Positions 1 through 9,419 of a stretch of 32,782 nucleotides of DNA are shown here, piece by piece; positions within the stretch are counted from its first letter, which is position 1; each line of letters opens with the position of its first letter. The position numbers were made by a program, and so were the translations under genes. The notes beneath the pieces are model-generated. The model saw nothing but the letters and a program-made list of their open reading frames with translations. It had not been told where the DNA came from and searched no databases. The DNA is taken from IMG/VR virus record IMGVR_UViG_2671180643_000012. One strand, 5' to 3'. The DNA is from a virus. Lineage: Duplodnaviria > Heunggongvirae > Uroviricota > Caudoviricetes.

Positions 1-1362
1 ATGTTTAAACCGGAACTCCTTTCCCCGGCGGGAACGCTGAAAAATATGCGTTACGCTTTCGCTTATGGCGCAGATGCTGTTTATGCGGGCCAGCCGCGTT
101 ATTCCCTGCGTGTGCGCAACAACGAATTCAACCACGAAAATCTTCAGCTCGGCATCAATGAAGCCCACGCGCTGGGGAAAAAGTTTTATGTCGTGGTCAA
201 CATTGCACCGCACAACGCCAAGCTGAAAACCTTTATCCGTGACCTGAAACCGGTGGTGGAAATGGGGCCGGATGCGCTGATTATGTCCGATCCAGGGCTG
301 ATTATGCTGGTGCGTGAGCACTTCCCTGAAATGCCGATCCACCTTTCGGTGCAGGCTAACGCCGTGAACTGGGCGACGGTGAAATTCTGGCAGCAAATGG
401 GCCTGACCCGCGTGATCCTCTCTCGCGAGCTGTCGCTGGAAGAGATTGAAGAGATCCGCAATCAGGTGCCGGATATGGAGATCGAGATCTTCGTTCACGG
501 CGCGCTGTGCATGGCCTACTCCGGTCGCTGCCTGCTCTCTGGCTATATCAACAAGCGCGACCCGAACCAGGGCACCTGCACCAACGCCTGCCGCTGGGAG
601 TACAACGTCCAGGAAGGGAAAGAAGATGATGTTGGCAACATCGTACACAAGTACGAGCCGATTCCGGTGCAAAATGTTGAGCCGACGCTGGGTATCGGCG
701 CACCAACCGACAAAGTGTTTATGATCGAAGAGGCCCAGCGTCCGGGCGAGTATATGACCGCGTTTGAAGATGAGCACGGCACTTACATCATGAACTCGAA
801 AGATCTGCGCGCCATCGCCCATGTAGAACGCCTGACCAAAATGGGCGTGCATTCGCTGAAAATCGAAGGTCGTACCAAATCTTTCTACTATTGTGCACGC
901 ACCGCACAGGTTTACCGCAAAGCTATCGATGACGCCGCTGCGGGAAAACCGTTCGATACCAGCCTGCTGGAAACTCTGGAAGGTCTGGCGCATCGTGGCT
1001 ATACCGAAGGTTTCCTGCGTCGTCATACTCACGACGATTATCAGAACTACGAATACGGTTATTCAGTTTCTGACCGCCAGCAGTTTGTTGGTGAGTTTAC
1101 CGGTGAGCGCAAGGGGGACCTCGCGGCGGTAGCGGTGAAAAATAAATTCTCCGTTGGCGACAGCCTTGAGCTGATGACGCCGCAAGGCAACATTAATTTT
1201 ACCCTTGAGCACATGGAAAACGCCAAAGGCGAAGCTATGCCGATAGCACCAGGCGATGGTTATACTGTGTGGCTCCCGGTCCCGCAGGATCTTGAGCTCA
1301 ATTACGCGCTGCTGATGCGTAATTTCTCCGGGGAAACCACGCGTAATCCCCACGGTAAGTGA
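1..1362 (+). CDS. yegQ: U32-family peptidase-like protein YegQ (TrhP, tRNA hydroxylation-associated); host gene
   Basis: 453-aa ORF starting at window position 1; the translation is recognisable as E. coli YegQ/TrhP (U32 family) from memory. Stop TGA at 1360-1362. Confidence 0.9.
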   Translation: MFKPELLSPAGTLKNMRYAFAYGADAVYAGQPRYSLRVRNNEFNHENLQLGINEAHALGKKFYVVVNIAPHNAKLKTFIRDLKPVVEMGPDALIMSDPGLIMLVREHFPEMPIHLSVQANAVNWATVKFWQQMGLTRVILSRELSLEEIEEIRNQVPDMEIEIFVHGALCMAYSGRCLLSGYINKRDPNQGTCTNACRWEYNVQEGKEDDVGNIVHKYEPIPVQNVEPTLGIGAPTDKVFMIEEAQRPGEYMTAFEDEHGTYIMNSKDLRAIAHVERLTKMGVHSLKIEGRTKSFYYCARTAQVYRKAIDDAAAGKPFDTSLLETLEGLAHRGYTEGFLRRHTHDDYQNYEYGYSVSDRQQFVGEFTGERKGDLAAVAVKNKFSVGDSLELMTPQGNINFTLEHMENAKGEAMPIAPGDGYTVWLPVPQDLELNYALLMRNFSGETTRNPHGK

Positions 1363-1506
1363 TTAATTTCGATTATTTTTCCCGGATGGAAAATTCTTAG
1401 AAACCGATCACATACAGCTGCATTTATTAAGGTTATCATCCGTTTCGCTGAAAAACATAACCCATAAAATGCTAGCTGTACCAGGAACCACCTCCTTAGC
1501 CTGTGT

Positions 1507-1534
1507 AATCTCCCTTACACGGGCTTATTTTTTA
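1507..1534. repeat. ogr-proximal att core (attR): aatctcccttacacgggcttatttttta
   Basis: Exact 28-bp direct repeat of 32280-32307; contains the 27-bp P2 att core as I recall it; lies between the host yegQ and phage ogr. Confidence 0.85.
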
Positions 1535-1593
1535 CGTACAACAAATTGAAATAAAAGGATTTATTTCTGGTCACGTCCACACATTGACCACAT

Positions 1594-1623
1594 CGACAAA
1601 AAAAGCCCCTCGACTGAGGGGCT
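1594..1623 (-). terminator. Rho-independent terminator downstream of ogr (hairpin agcccctc/gaggggct flanked by A-run and T-rich tract)
   Basis: 8-bp GC-rich stem at about 1604-1611/1616-1623 with a 4-nt loop; A7 run on the plus strand immediately 5' gives a U-run on the minus-strand transcript; 'tttctgttt' follows on the plus strand, so it may act in both directions. Confidence 0.5.
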
Positions 1624-1635
1624 TTCTGTTTGTAA

Positions 1636-1854
1636 TTACATCCACATAATTTGCTGCCCTGACGGCAACGGGTGCGGCCTCACGGCGTGGACTTCTCCCG
1701 GCTTCACGATGTATCGCTGTACCGACTCATAAGTGATGAACGTGGCGCTGCAATTCACGTTCTGGCACTGGTGATAACGCTCTTTTGTCGTGTCAGTGAT
1801 ATAGCGGCTTGTACGCGCATGTGCGGCATGCTGGCATAAAGGACAATGAAACAT
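1636..1854 (-). CDS. ogr: Ogr late-gene transcriptional activator (zinc-finger)
   Basis: The 72-aa product MFHCPLCQHAAHARTSRY...QQIMWM matches P2 Ogr with its Cys4 motif; the track ORF 1636..1917 carries a 21-codon upstream extension that I trimmed to the internal Met. Confidence 0.85.
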   Translation of the reverse strand: MFHCPLCQHAAHARTSRYITDTTKERYHQCQNVNCSATFITYESVQRYIVKPGEVHAVRPHPLPSGQQIMWM

Positions 1855-1935
1855 CGCGAGCACCTCTTCCGGTTTTGTTGATGGTGCCATTTTAGTTAAT
1901 TTATCCTTATAAAACAAACAGATAAATAAAACATA

Positions 1936-3099
1936 TCACTCATTATCTTCTGTTTCGTACTCCACATCAGAAAGCCTGACCTCAAGCTCTAAGGACGTCG
2001 TGAAGCCGCTATTATTCAGAAAATGTGTCACCTTAGTGATTGTCCAGTCCTGCTCGTCTATGACGCGCTTAAAGCCTGACACTTTAACCGGTGTTTCCGT
2101 GTAAATATCTGCCCGACCAGTAGCCAGGCTGATGGAGAACTCCGCTACACCCCGTTGCAGCTTATCCCACTTCGCCTGAGCGGCACGCATGGCCTGTGCT
2201 TTCGTGGCATATACCGTGGTCAGGGCAAAAACGTTATCAGCCTCACCGGCCATGTATTCACCTTCGCGCGCTTCCGGTACTTTTGGCGCTTTCTTCTGCG
2301 TGACTGGTTTCGCTTTCGGGTGCTCCAGTGCGCGCAGGTGTTTCTCTTTCTTTTTGCGTTTCAGTTTTACCTTCTGCTTTTGCGGCTTCGGGTCTTTGGT
2401 GTGTAACCACTTTGCCGTTACGCCGGTATAGGCTCCACGGTCAGCAATCGCAAAATGATGACGGTCGCCGTCGCTGCGGGTGATGGTAATCTGCGGGATT
2501 TTTTTACCGCTGGACGTCACCCCCTGCCCCGCTTTGAGAAACAACAGTTTTCCCATTTTTACCGACACCTCACCGCCGTTGCGTTCTGCAAGACGGGTCA
2601 GGAATTTCGCATCAGACTCCTGCGACTGGTCGATGTGCGGGATTTTAATTCCGGCCAGTGACGGAGCGACACTGGCTTCCAGCCTGTTACGGGAGGCTAT
2701 CGCCTCAACAATCGCACCGAGCGTGGTGTCATGCCAGGAGCCTTCCCGGCGGGAATTGAGCGTCCCGCGGAAATCTGCACTCCGGGCGCGGATGGTGACC
2801 ACATCCGGCGCGCCCCGGTGTTCAACCTCATCAACGGTGAATTTCCCTTTGCATACCAGGGCAAAACCTTTCCAGCCGATATACACCGTCAGGACAGCGC
2901 CACGAACCGGCAGCCCGACCTGCCCGTCGGCATCGTTCAGTTCAATATCAAGCTGGTCAGCTTCAAAGCCCCGGTTATCCGTCAGAGTCATGCTCATCAG
3001 ACGGTCGCTGATATTGCCGGTAATATCCCTGCTGTCGAGCATCAGCATGTAATCCGGCGTCAGCGTACTGCCTGCATCAAATGTCAGCGCATCCAGCAT
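1936..3099 (-). CDS. D: Tail protein D (late control gene D)
   Basis: 387 aa, same length and position as P2 gpD, between ogr and U. Confidence 0.85.
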   Translation of the reverse strand: MLDALTFDAGSTLTPDYMLMLDSRDITGNISDRLMSMTLTDNRGFEADQLDIELNDADGQVGLPVRGAVLTVYIGWKGFALVCKGKFTVDEVEHRGAPDVVTIRARSADFRGTLNSRREGSWHDTTLGAIVEAIASRNRLEASVAPSLAGIKIPHIDQSQESDAKFLTRLAERNGGEVSVKMGKLLFLKAGQGVTSSGKKIPQITITRSDGDRHHFAIADRGAYTGVTAKWLHTKDPKPQKQKVKLKRKKKEKHLRALEHPKAKPVTQKKAPKVPEAREGEYMAGEADNVFALTTVYATKAQAMRAAQAKWDKLQRGVAEFSISLATGRADIYTETPVKVSGFKRVIDEQDWTITKVTHFLNNSGFTTSLELEVRLSDVEYETEDNE

Positions 3100-3578
3100 T
3101 ATCCCGCCCCCATCATACCTGTGAATCTGGTCGCCAGACTGCCGGCCTTACCGATGAGCGACTCCGCCTGTTTACCGATATCGCCATAAAGCGCGGCCAG
3201 TGATTCATCAACGCGGGTGAGTGACAGCGTAAAATCAATTTTCCGGGGTGTGCCGTCTGCAAAGAAAATACTCCCTGTTTCACTCACCCTGCTGATGACA
3301 TACATGCCGTAAATCATGCCGGTGCCATCCAGCAACGGCCACGCCCGGCCTTCCTCTGCCATCAGCCTGAGCGTGGTCATCGTCAGCTTCCCGCCGGTCA
3401 GTTCGGGATAAAGCACGCCGGCAAGCGTAATGTTTTCCTCACCCACACCGAGAAACTGAAAGGCATCCCGTTTACCGATACGGGAATTTGACGGCCAGCG
3501 ATAATCTGATTCACGCTGCATGGTCTGGTGTGGCAGCGTCTGGCGCATAAAAACAAACATACCTAACGCGAGCATCAT
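3099..3578 (-). CDS. U: Tail protein U
   Basis: 159 aa, same length as P2 gpU; start overlaps the D stop (coupled). Confidence 0.85.
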   Translation of the reverse strand: MMLALGMFVFMRQTLPHQTMQRESDYRWPSNSRIGKRDAFQFLGVGEENITLAGVLYPELTGGKLTMTTLRLMAEEGRAWPLLDGTGMIYGMYVISRVSETGSIFFADGTPRKIDFTLSLTRVDESLAALYGDIGKQAESLIGKAGSLATRFTGMMGAG

Positions 3579-3592
3579 TTTTCGTCACCTCC

Positions 3593-6040
3593 TTAACCGT
3601 CATGCATCATGCTGGCACGGGCGCGCGCACGTTTATCCCGCTCGTATTTTTCGAGCGCATCCTGTAACTGGCGGTCAAGCTGTGTCCCCGGCGCAGTACC
3701 ACCCGTCAGGCTGATGTGATATTCGTTTTTACTCTGGTCCACATAAGAGCGGCCAGCCGGTGCCGTAACCGGCTGATAAGCCTGATAACCTGCATAAGAG
3801 CTGGTCGCCGGAATATAACCACCGGTGCCATACGTGGCGGCATGAGTTCTGGCGGCGGTCTGGTCAAGTGTGTCTGACTCTTTGTTGATAACACCGAGTT
3901 TTTCCAGTACCCAGTCAATACCGCTGCGCAGTTTGTTGAACGCATTAAGCGGCAGCATCAGCGCGTCAGCCAGTGCCTGCCCGAACATGACGCCCGTGTC
4001 ACGGCAACGGTTCAGGGTGTCCTGGGTGGCTTTGACCGGGGCAATCAGGTTTTTAAACCACTGCCACGCGGCCTGTAACTTTTCACCCAGCCAGTTAAAC
4101 AGCGGCTTAAGTGGCGTGAACAGTTCCCCCACCGGCGCAAATGCCGCTTTCAGCCCTTCAACCACACCGCCAAAGAATGCGCTGACAGGCTCCCAGTATT
4201 TACGGATAAGCAACGCCCCGGCGACAATGGCAGCCACCACGGCCACAACCGGCCAGCTAATCGCACTGATGGCCGTCATAACGGCACTACCAACCGTCGT
4301 GAAGATTGCCCCCATTGCGCCTGCTGCCGCGATAATGGCATTAATGCCGGTGATAACCGGCCAGGCTACGAGGCCAATGGCACCGATGACACCAATCAGC
4401 GCCAGTGCACCACCGACAATGATGCCGATGGTTGACGCCAGTGATTTGTTTTTCTGTATCCAGCCGTCGAGTTTTAACACATACTTTGTGGCCGTCTGCG
4501 TGAGCTTACGCAGTGCGCCTTCCTGCTGGTCAAACAGGTCAGTCCCCACCGCCTCATAAGCGGACTGAAACTCCTTAAAGTCACCGCCGAGGTTGTCCTG
4601 CATGATATTTACCAGCTCTGCGGTCTTCCCGTCTGAGGCTTTAAACGCAGCGGTCAGTTTGTCCAGCTTTCCAGTTGAGGCGGCAGTCATCAGCACGGCG
4701 GCGGCTGAGCTGGCCTCCTCCCCGAAAATAGTTTTCATGTATTCAGCCTGCTGGGCAGTACCGAGCCGGTTTTTCTCAAAACTGGCCTGCATTTCTTTCA
4801 GAATGGTAAATACTGGTCGGGTGTTTCCCTTGCTGTCTGAGGTTTTCACACCAAGCTCTTTGAGTGCATCCCATGCTTTTCCCGTCGGTGCCTGCAGGCG
4901 GCTTAACACGGCACGGCTTCCCGTCCCCGCCATTGAACCAGTAATTTTTGCGTCATGCAGCGCCCCGACCATTGCGGCGGTTTCTTCAATGCTGACACCG
5001 GCATTTTTTGCCACTGGTGCGGCATAGGTCAGCGCATCGCTCATACCGTCAAAATCGGCGGCGGTTTTGTTCATCGTCATGGAGAGAACATCCCCGATAT
5101 GAGCGACCTTATCGTTTGAAAGCTGAAAGGCGGATTTCATCCCCATCAACAGGGCGGCGTTTTCTTCCATCGTGCGACGGTTCGCCAGCGCCATATTCAG
5201 CGTGACCGGCGTTGCCGCCTGAATGGCATCAACATTCCCGCCGGCTTTCGCAATGATAATCTGCGCACCGGCTGCATCATCCGCCGAGGCGGCGGTATTA
5301 TCGCCGAGCTGGCGCGCCTGCTTGCGGAGCGCGGCCATTTCGGCGGAGTCTTTTGCCACACCTAGCACGGCCTGCAATTCTGAGTTTTTCTGCGCAAACT
5401 CATAACCGGGCATCAACAGCTTAACACCGGCCATCGTTCCCGCCGCCGCAATCCCCACACCGGCAGCGCCAACTGAGGCCATATTTCCGGCCAGTTCCTT
5501 TCCGGCCTGATAACGCTGTTTGACTGCGTTAAGTTTTGCCTGTTGTGCACTGACACGCGCCAGCGCGTCACGCTGCCGGTTAAGCTGTGCGGTGGTTTCA
5601 CTGATACGGTTTTTCAGTCCCTGCTCATCATGTGCAAGATTGCGGGTATTAATTCCCACAACGGCCAGTTCCCGCTGCTGGCGTTTAACGGAATCCGTCA
5701 GGCGGTTATATTTCGCCTGTAAGTCCTCCGCCGCACGCTTCGCGGATTCCAGCACTTTCGCCTGAGCACGTGTCGGACGTTCGGTGTTTTTAAACTGTGT
5801 GGCAAGGGCTTCGGCCTCCTGCCGTGCCTTTTCAAGTGCATGACCAGTCACGGCGAGCTGTGCACTGGTCTTGCGAAATCCCTCAATACGGGATGCCTGA
5901 CCGTTCAGCTCGCGCAGTGATTTTTGTGTTTCCCGGATATCCCCCGACAGCGATTTGCTCGCTGTGCGGATGGATTTAAACGGGCGGGATGCCTGGTCAA
6001 CAGCCCTGAGCAATACCTGTAATTTTACATTGTTACTCAT
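3593..6040 (-). CDS. T: Tail tape-measure protein T
   Basis: 815 aa, same length as P2 gpT; N-terminal coiled coil, hydrophobic glycine/alanine-rich middle and C-terminal region typical of tape-measure proteins. Confidence 0.9.
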   Translation of the reverse strand: MSNNVKLQVLLRAVDQASRPFKSIRTASKSLSGDIRETQKSLRELNGQASRIEGFRKTSAQLAVTGHALEKARQEAEALATQFKNTERPTRAQAKVLESAKRAAEDLQAKYNRLTDSVKRQQRELAVVGINTRNLAHDEQGLKNRISETTAQLNRQRDALARVSAQQAKLNAVKQRYQAGKELAGNMASVGAAGVGIAAAGTMAGVKLLMPGYEFAQKNSELQAVLGVAKDSAEMAALRKQARQLGDNTAASADDAAGAQIIIAKAGGNVDAIQAATPVTLNMALANRRTMEENAALLMGMKSAFQLSNDKVAHIGDVLSMTMNKTAADFDGMSDALTYAAPVAKNAGVSIEETAAMVGALHDAKITGSMAGTGSRAVLSRLQAPTGKAWDALKELGVKTSDSKGNTRPVFTILKEMQASFEKNRLGTAQQAEYMKTIFGEEASSAAAVLMTAASTGKLDKLTAAFKASDGKTAELVNIMQDNLGGDFKEFQSAYEAVGTDLFDQQEGALRKLTQTATKYVLKLDGWIQKNKSLASTIGIIVGGALALIGVIGAIGLVAWPVITGINAIIAAAGAMGAIFTTVGSAVMTAISAISWPVVAVVAAIVAGALLIRKYWEPVSAFFGGVVEGLKAAFAPVGELFTPLKPLFNWLGEKLQAAWQWFKNLIAPVKATQDTLNRCRDTGVMFGQALADALMLPLNAFNKLRSGIDWVLEKLGVINKESDTLDQTAARTHAATYGTGGYIPATSSYAGYQAYQPVTAPAGRSYVDQSKNEYHISLTGGTAPGTQLDRQLQDALEKYERDKRARARASMMHDG

Positions 6041-6460
6041 TCGTGTTTCCGCTTCGCCGAAGCGCCTTTTCGCGCCATGTGATGAGTTCGGTCAGGCTCA
6101 TGGGATACAGTTCTGATGGCGGCCAGTGAAATATCACTGCCACATCCGCCATCAGGTCATCGACCGACAGATTTTTCGGGAACGTCACTGCACCGAGTTC
6201 GGCGACAAAAAACCGACCACCTTACCGGCCAGCGCTACAAGGTCAGGCAGTTCCAGTGCGGCGACTTCCTGCTCGGTCAGCATCGGTGCAGTCATGCGCG
6301 GCAGCACCTTAATCAGTGCATCGACTTCGGAGTTTGCGACCGCAGCCAGACTGACACCGCGCAGCGTCCCGGCATTAGGTTTCATCAGCGTGACCTGTTC
6401 GATAACCTGCTCACCACGCTTGACCGGATTGTCCAGGGTAATCACATTTTCTTTGTTCAT
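6033..6460 (-). CDS. E+E': Tail assembly chaperone E+E' made by programmed -1 ribosomal frameshift
   Basis: Slippery motif G GUU UUU UG on the minus-strand mRNA (plus-strand A6 run near 6207-6212) close to the 3' end of E; the -1 frame stays open for about 52 codons and stops at TAA overlapping the T start codon (AATGAGTAA). Predicted product about 142 aa, as for P2 E+E'. Coordinates approximate. Confidence 0.6.
6185..6460 (-). CDS. E: Tail assembly chaperone E
   Basis: 91 aa, same length as P2 gpE; lies immediately upstream of T, as tape-measure chaperones do. Confidence 0.85.
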   Translation of the reverse strand: MNKENVITLDNPVKRGEQVIEQVTLMKPNAGTLRGVSLAAVANSEVDALIKVLPRMTAPMLTEQEVAALELPDLVALAGKVVGFLSPNSVQ

Positions 6461-6516
6461 GGTTTTCTCACTTCTGAATCGGGGTTAACCGGTCAGCCAG
6501 GCTGACCGGATGAAAA

Positions 6517-7035
6517 TCACAGGCCGATATTGCGGCGGTGTTGCTCCAGCCGGTCGACGCCGTTCACCTTCTCAATCATGTTGATGGTGTCGATTTCGAC
6601 CAGCTCCTTACCGTCCATAGTCAGCCGGAAATAGGTGCAGACCACGGAGATTTTCGACTCGGTGTCTTCTCCCTGTTTGCCCTCGCCGGTGTCGATTTCT
6701 TTCTGACGTCCACGCATGACCACCTCGACGGCCACCGTTTCGCCGGTATCGTCGCGCTGGTAAGAGCCTGCAAAACGAATCGGTACGGCATCCACACCGG
6801 TTGCGGCGTAAAGCTCCCAGATAACCGAATCCGGGAAGCCACCGAGCGACCACTCCATTGACAGCGCATCGTCATCAAGGCCGAGGTCTACCGGTGCGCT
6901 GCCGTTCATCCCCGCACCGCGATAGTTTTCGAGCTTACGGGTCAGTTTTGGCAGCGTGACGGACTTCGCGACGCCCTGATAGCTGTAGCCGTTCAGAAAG
7001 ACGTTCATTAACTTGAGTTTGCGCGGCATTGCCAT
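6517..7035 (-). CDS. FII: Tail tube protein FII
   Basis: 172 aa, same length and position as P2 gpFII. Confidence 0.85.
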   Translation of the reverse strand: MAMPRKLKLMNVFLNGYSYQGVAKSVTLPKLTRKLENYRGAGMNGSAPVDLGLDDDALSMEWSLGGFPDSVIWELYAATGVDAVPIRFAGSYQRDDTGETVAVEVVMRGRQKEIDTGEGKQGEDTESKISVVCTYFRLTMDGKELVEIDTINMIEKVNGVDRLEQHRRNIGL

Positions 7036-7047
7036 CGGTCAGGCTCC

Positions 7048-8238
7048 TTAATTGCTGTTAACCGAGGTGACCAGATTTGCCAGGTATTTATCGGTAATAC
7101 GCTGGCGCAGGGTCAGGTTTTCAAGAGGAGGCACCGGTGTATAGTCGTAGTCGATATACAGTTTTCCGGCCTTGAGGGTTTCCGCATCGTTGGATTCTTC
7201 GCTGAACCAGCAGGTCGCATCCACGATATAGCCGTTTGTTTTCAGCTCACGGAATTTGGCATTAATGCCGTCAACGATGTCGCGAATCAGCGTTGCGGTG
7301 ATAGGCTTGTCCACCGCCCACATGTGCGCTTCAGCCATCGTGTCGGCCAGCACCTGCGCGGTGCGGGTGTAGTTTTCAAAGAGGAACAGCGGGTCATCAG
7401 AGCAGGTACGGTTACCCCAGAAGCGGAAACCGTCACGGCGAATCAGCGTTGTGACACCTGACTCGTTCAACAGGTCAGCATCGGTGCCGGACTCCTGCAA
7501 ATCCCAGAATACAGAGGCACTGATGCCGGTAACACCGTTTACCCCGACGTTGGACAGCGTTTTATGCCAGCCCTGCTCCTGGTCGATTTTAGCGCGCAGA
7601 CCCAGTGCACGGGCGGTGGCATACGCGGTGGTGGTGGTACTGGTGACCGTATCCCATGCGAGGAAATCCGGCCAGATGACCATCAGCTCACGCTGGCTGA
7701 AATTCTGGCGGTAGGCTTTCACCTCGGAAATAGTTTTACAGCCCCATGCGCTGATATACCCGAAAGCGCGCAGCTTCTGACAGACTGATGCCAGTGCAAC
7801 AGCCACCTCTTTGGTGTCCAGTCCCGGCACGCCGAGAATACGCGGTTTAACACCAGTTACCGACTCCGCCGCCAGCAGGGCTTTCAGTCCGGTGTACTGA
7901 CCGTTTTCGTCGGTGGTGCCGATGATATTGGAAACGGTCTGCGCGAGTTTCGTTTCCTCGTCGTCGCCGGTGCCGTCTTCCACACGCACGACAACGGTGA
8001 CCGGTTTTGACTGGTCGGCGATAGCCTGCAACGATGCCGCCAGCGTGCCTTTTTCACCGGCCTTTGCAATTGCGCTCTGCACATTGGTAATCAGCACCGG
8101 TTTATTGAGGGGGAAGGTTTCCGCATCCGCATCGCTGGCCGTGCAGACCATGCCAACAATGGCAGTGGATACGGTGGAAATGACGCGGGTGCCGTCGTTA
8201 ATCTCCAGCACCTGCACGCCGTGATGATAGTCACTCAT
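7048..8238 (-). CDS. FI: Contractile tail sheath protein FI
   Basis: 396 aa, same length and position as P2 gpFI. Confidence 0.9.
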   Translation of the reverse strand: MSDYHHGVQVLEINDGTRVISTVSTAIVGMVCTASDADAETFPLNKPVLITNVQSAIAKAGEKGTLAASLQAIADQSKPVTVVVRVEDGTGDDEETKLAQTVSNIIGTTDENGQYTGLKALLAAESVTGVKPRILGVPGLDTKEVAVALASVCQKLRAFGYISAWGCKTISEVKAYRQNFSQRELMVIWPDFLAWDTVTSTTTTAYATARALGLRAKIDQEQGWHKTLSNVGVNGVTGISASVFWDLQESGTDADLLNESGVTTLIRRDGFRFWGNRTCSDDPLFLFENYTRTAQVLADTMAEAHMWAVDKPITATLIRDIVDGINAKFRELKTNGYIVDATCWFSEESNDAETLKAGKLYIDYDYTPVPPLENLTLRQRITDKYLANLVTSVNSN

Positions 8239-8297
8239 CCGTTTAACTCCGTGGTTAATGGGTGAGTGGTATTTTCAGTTGTGCCGGAGATGTCAGG

Positions 8298-8891
8298 CTA
8301 TTTGTCCCGGTTGGCTAAGGGATGACACAATTTATTCTTTGTCGCTGATGAGGGGAATTTTTTATAGAGCGTGGACAGACCAATATCAAAAATCAGCGCC
8401 ACACGTTGACGAGATTCCCCCGCAGCCAGCAACCGTCCGACCTGCTCCCACTCACCCGCAGTGAGTTTCGGTCGTCTGCCACCAATACGACCTTTGGCTC
8501 TGGCCGCTTCCAGTCCGGCGCGTGTCCGCTCGACAATGAGTTCTCGCTCCATTTCAGCCAGGGCACCCATCACATGAAAGAAAAAACGCCCCATCGGCGT
8601 GCTGGTATCAATAGCATCCGTCAGGCTGCGAAAATTAACGCCGCGTTCGCGCAGTTCCTCAACCAGAATGACCAGATGCCGCATACTACGCCCCAGCCTG
8701 TCCAGCTTCCAGACCACCAGAGTGTCACCTGCTGATAATGTTCTGAGCAGTTTTTTCAGTCCCGGCCTGTCGGACTTCGTGCCGCTGATTTTATCCTCAA
8801 AAATCAGCTCACATCCTGCACACTCCAGCGCGTTACGCTGCAATTCCGTGTTCTGGTCATTTGTTGACACGCGTACATAGCCAATAAGCAT
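8298..8891 (-). CDS. Serine recombinase, DNA invertase of the Gin/Hin/Pin/Cin family (tail-fibre invertase)
   Basis: 197 aa; N-terminal MLIGYVRVSTNDQ with the catalytic serine context, conserved resolvase/invertase motifs (LVVWKLDRLGRS) and a C-terminal helix-turn-helix region; sits directly beside the invertible tail-fibre segment. Confidence 0.85.
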   Translation of the reverse strand: MLIGYVRVSTNDQNTELQRNALECAGCELIFEDKISGTKSDRPGLKKLLRTLSAGDTLVVWKLDRLGRSMRHLVILVEELRERGVNFRSLTDAIDTSTPMGRFFFHVMGALAEMERELIVERTRAGLEAARAKGRIGGRRPKLTAGEWEQVGRLLAAGESRQRVALIFDIGLSTLYKKFPSSATKNKLCHPLANRDK

Positions 8892-8946
8892 GATTATCCC
8901 CCTGAATAAAAACCGGGGATGATGCCAGTTAGCTGTTACCTCTGCA

Positions 8947-8972
8947 TTTTCTTAAACGTTGGTTTGGGAGAA
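8947..8972. repeat. gix/hix-like inversion crossover site (left)
   Basis: ttttcttaaacg-tt-ggtttgggagaa: a 26-bp site with imperfect dyad symmetry, similar to the Mu gix site as I recall it. A 13-bp core ttggtttgggaga (8959-8971) recurs in inverted orientation at 10791-10803. Confidence 0.65.
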
Positions 8973-9419
8973 GGTTCTGCATTACCTGTTGGGGTGCCTG
9001 TTCCGTGGCCTTCAGCCACTCCGCCAACAGGCTGGCTGAAATGCAACGGTGCGCCTTTTTCTGCCGAAGAGTATCCGGAACTGGCAAAAGTTTACCCGAC
9101 AAATAAATTGCCTGATTTACGCGGTGAGTTTATTCGTGGCTGGGATGACGGAAGAGGAATAGATACTAGCCGTAGCTTGCTTTCATCACAGGGCGATGCC
9201 ATTCGAAATATAATTGGTGCATTAGTGGATGTCAGGTTTAATACCTATCCTTCTGATTCTGGCGCTTTTACAACCAGCGTCATCGGAGCTGCTTCATCTG
9301 ATTCAATTAACGGTGGTTATGCAAAGCGAGTAACATTCGATGCTTCCAGAGTTGTTCCAACTGCAAACGAAAACCGACCTCGTAACATTGCCTTTAATTA
9401 TATCGTGAGGGCTGCCTGA
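8961..9419 (+). CDS. Alternative tail-fibre C-terminal cassette (Sv'-like), silent in this orientation
   Basis: Open frame through the left crossover site encoding ...GLGE/GSALPVGVPVPW...; it would be fused in frame to the constant part of H after inversion. The ATG at 8919 in the track ORF lies outside the segment and is probably incidental. Stop overlaps the start of the next gene (ATGA at 9416-9421). Confidence 0.6.
   Translation, partial: GLGEGSALPVGVPVPWPSATPPTGWLKCNGAPFSAEEYPELAKVYPTNKLPDLRGEFIRGWDDGRGIDTSRSLLSSQGDAIRNIIGALVDVRFNTYPSDSGAFTTSVIGAASSDSINGGYAKRVTFDASRVVPTANENRPRNIAFNYIVRAA

Noticed and set aside
1855-1917. Upstream extensions of track ORFs (ogr here; likewise X, L, O, P, lysC, C, A and the U-like gene)
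   Set aside because: The track takes the longest ORF, including non-ATG starts; the P2-type N-termini begin at internal Met codons, so I trimmed them. Lengths then match the P2 proteins.
3870-5027. Plus-strand ORFs of 229 and 144 aa inside the tape-measure gene
   Set aside because: They are antisense to an 815-aa gene with a clear P2 match; their Ala/Ser/Thr/Pro-rich, low-complexity translations are typical of the reverse frame of GC-rich coding DNA.
8919-8960. ATG at 8919 as an independent start for a 166-aa gene
   Set aside because: The ATG lies outside the invertible segment, and the reading frame matches the fibre constant region only from the crossover site onward; the ORF is better explained as a promoterless alternative C-terminal cassette.
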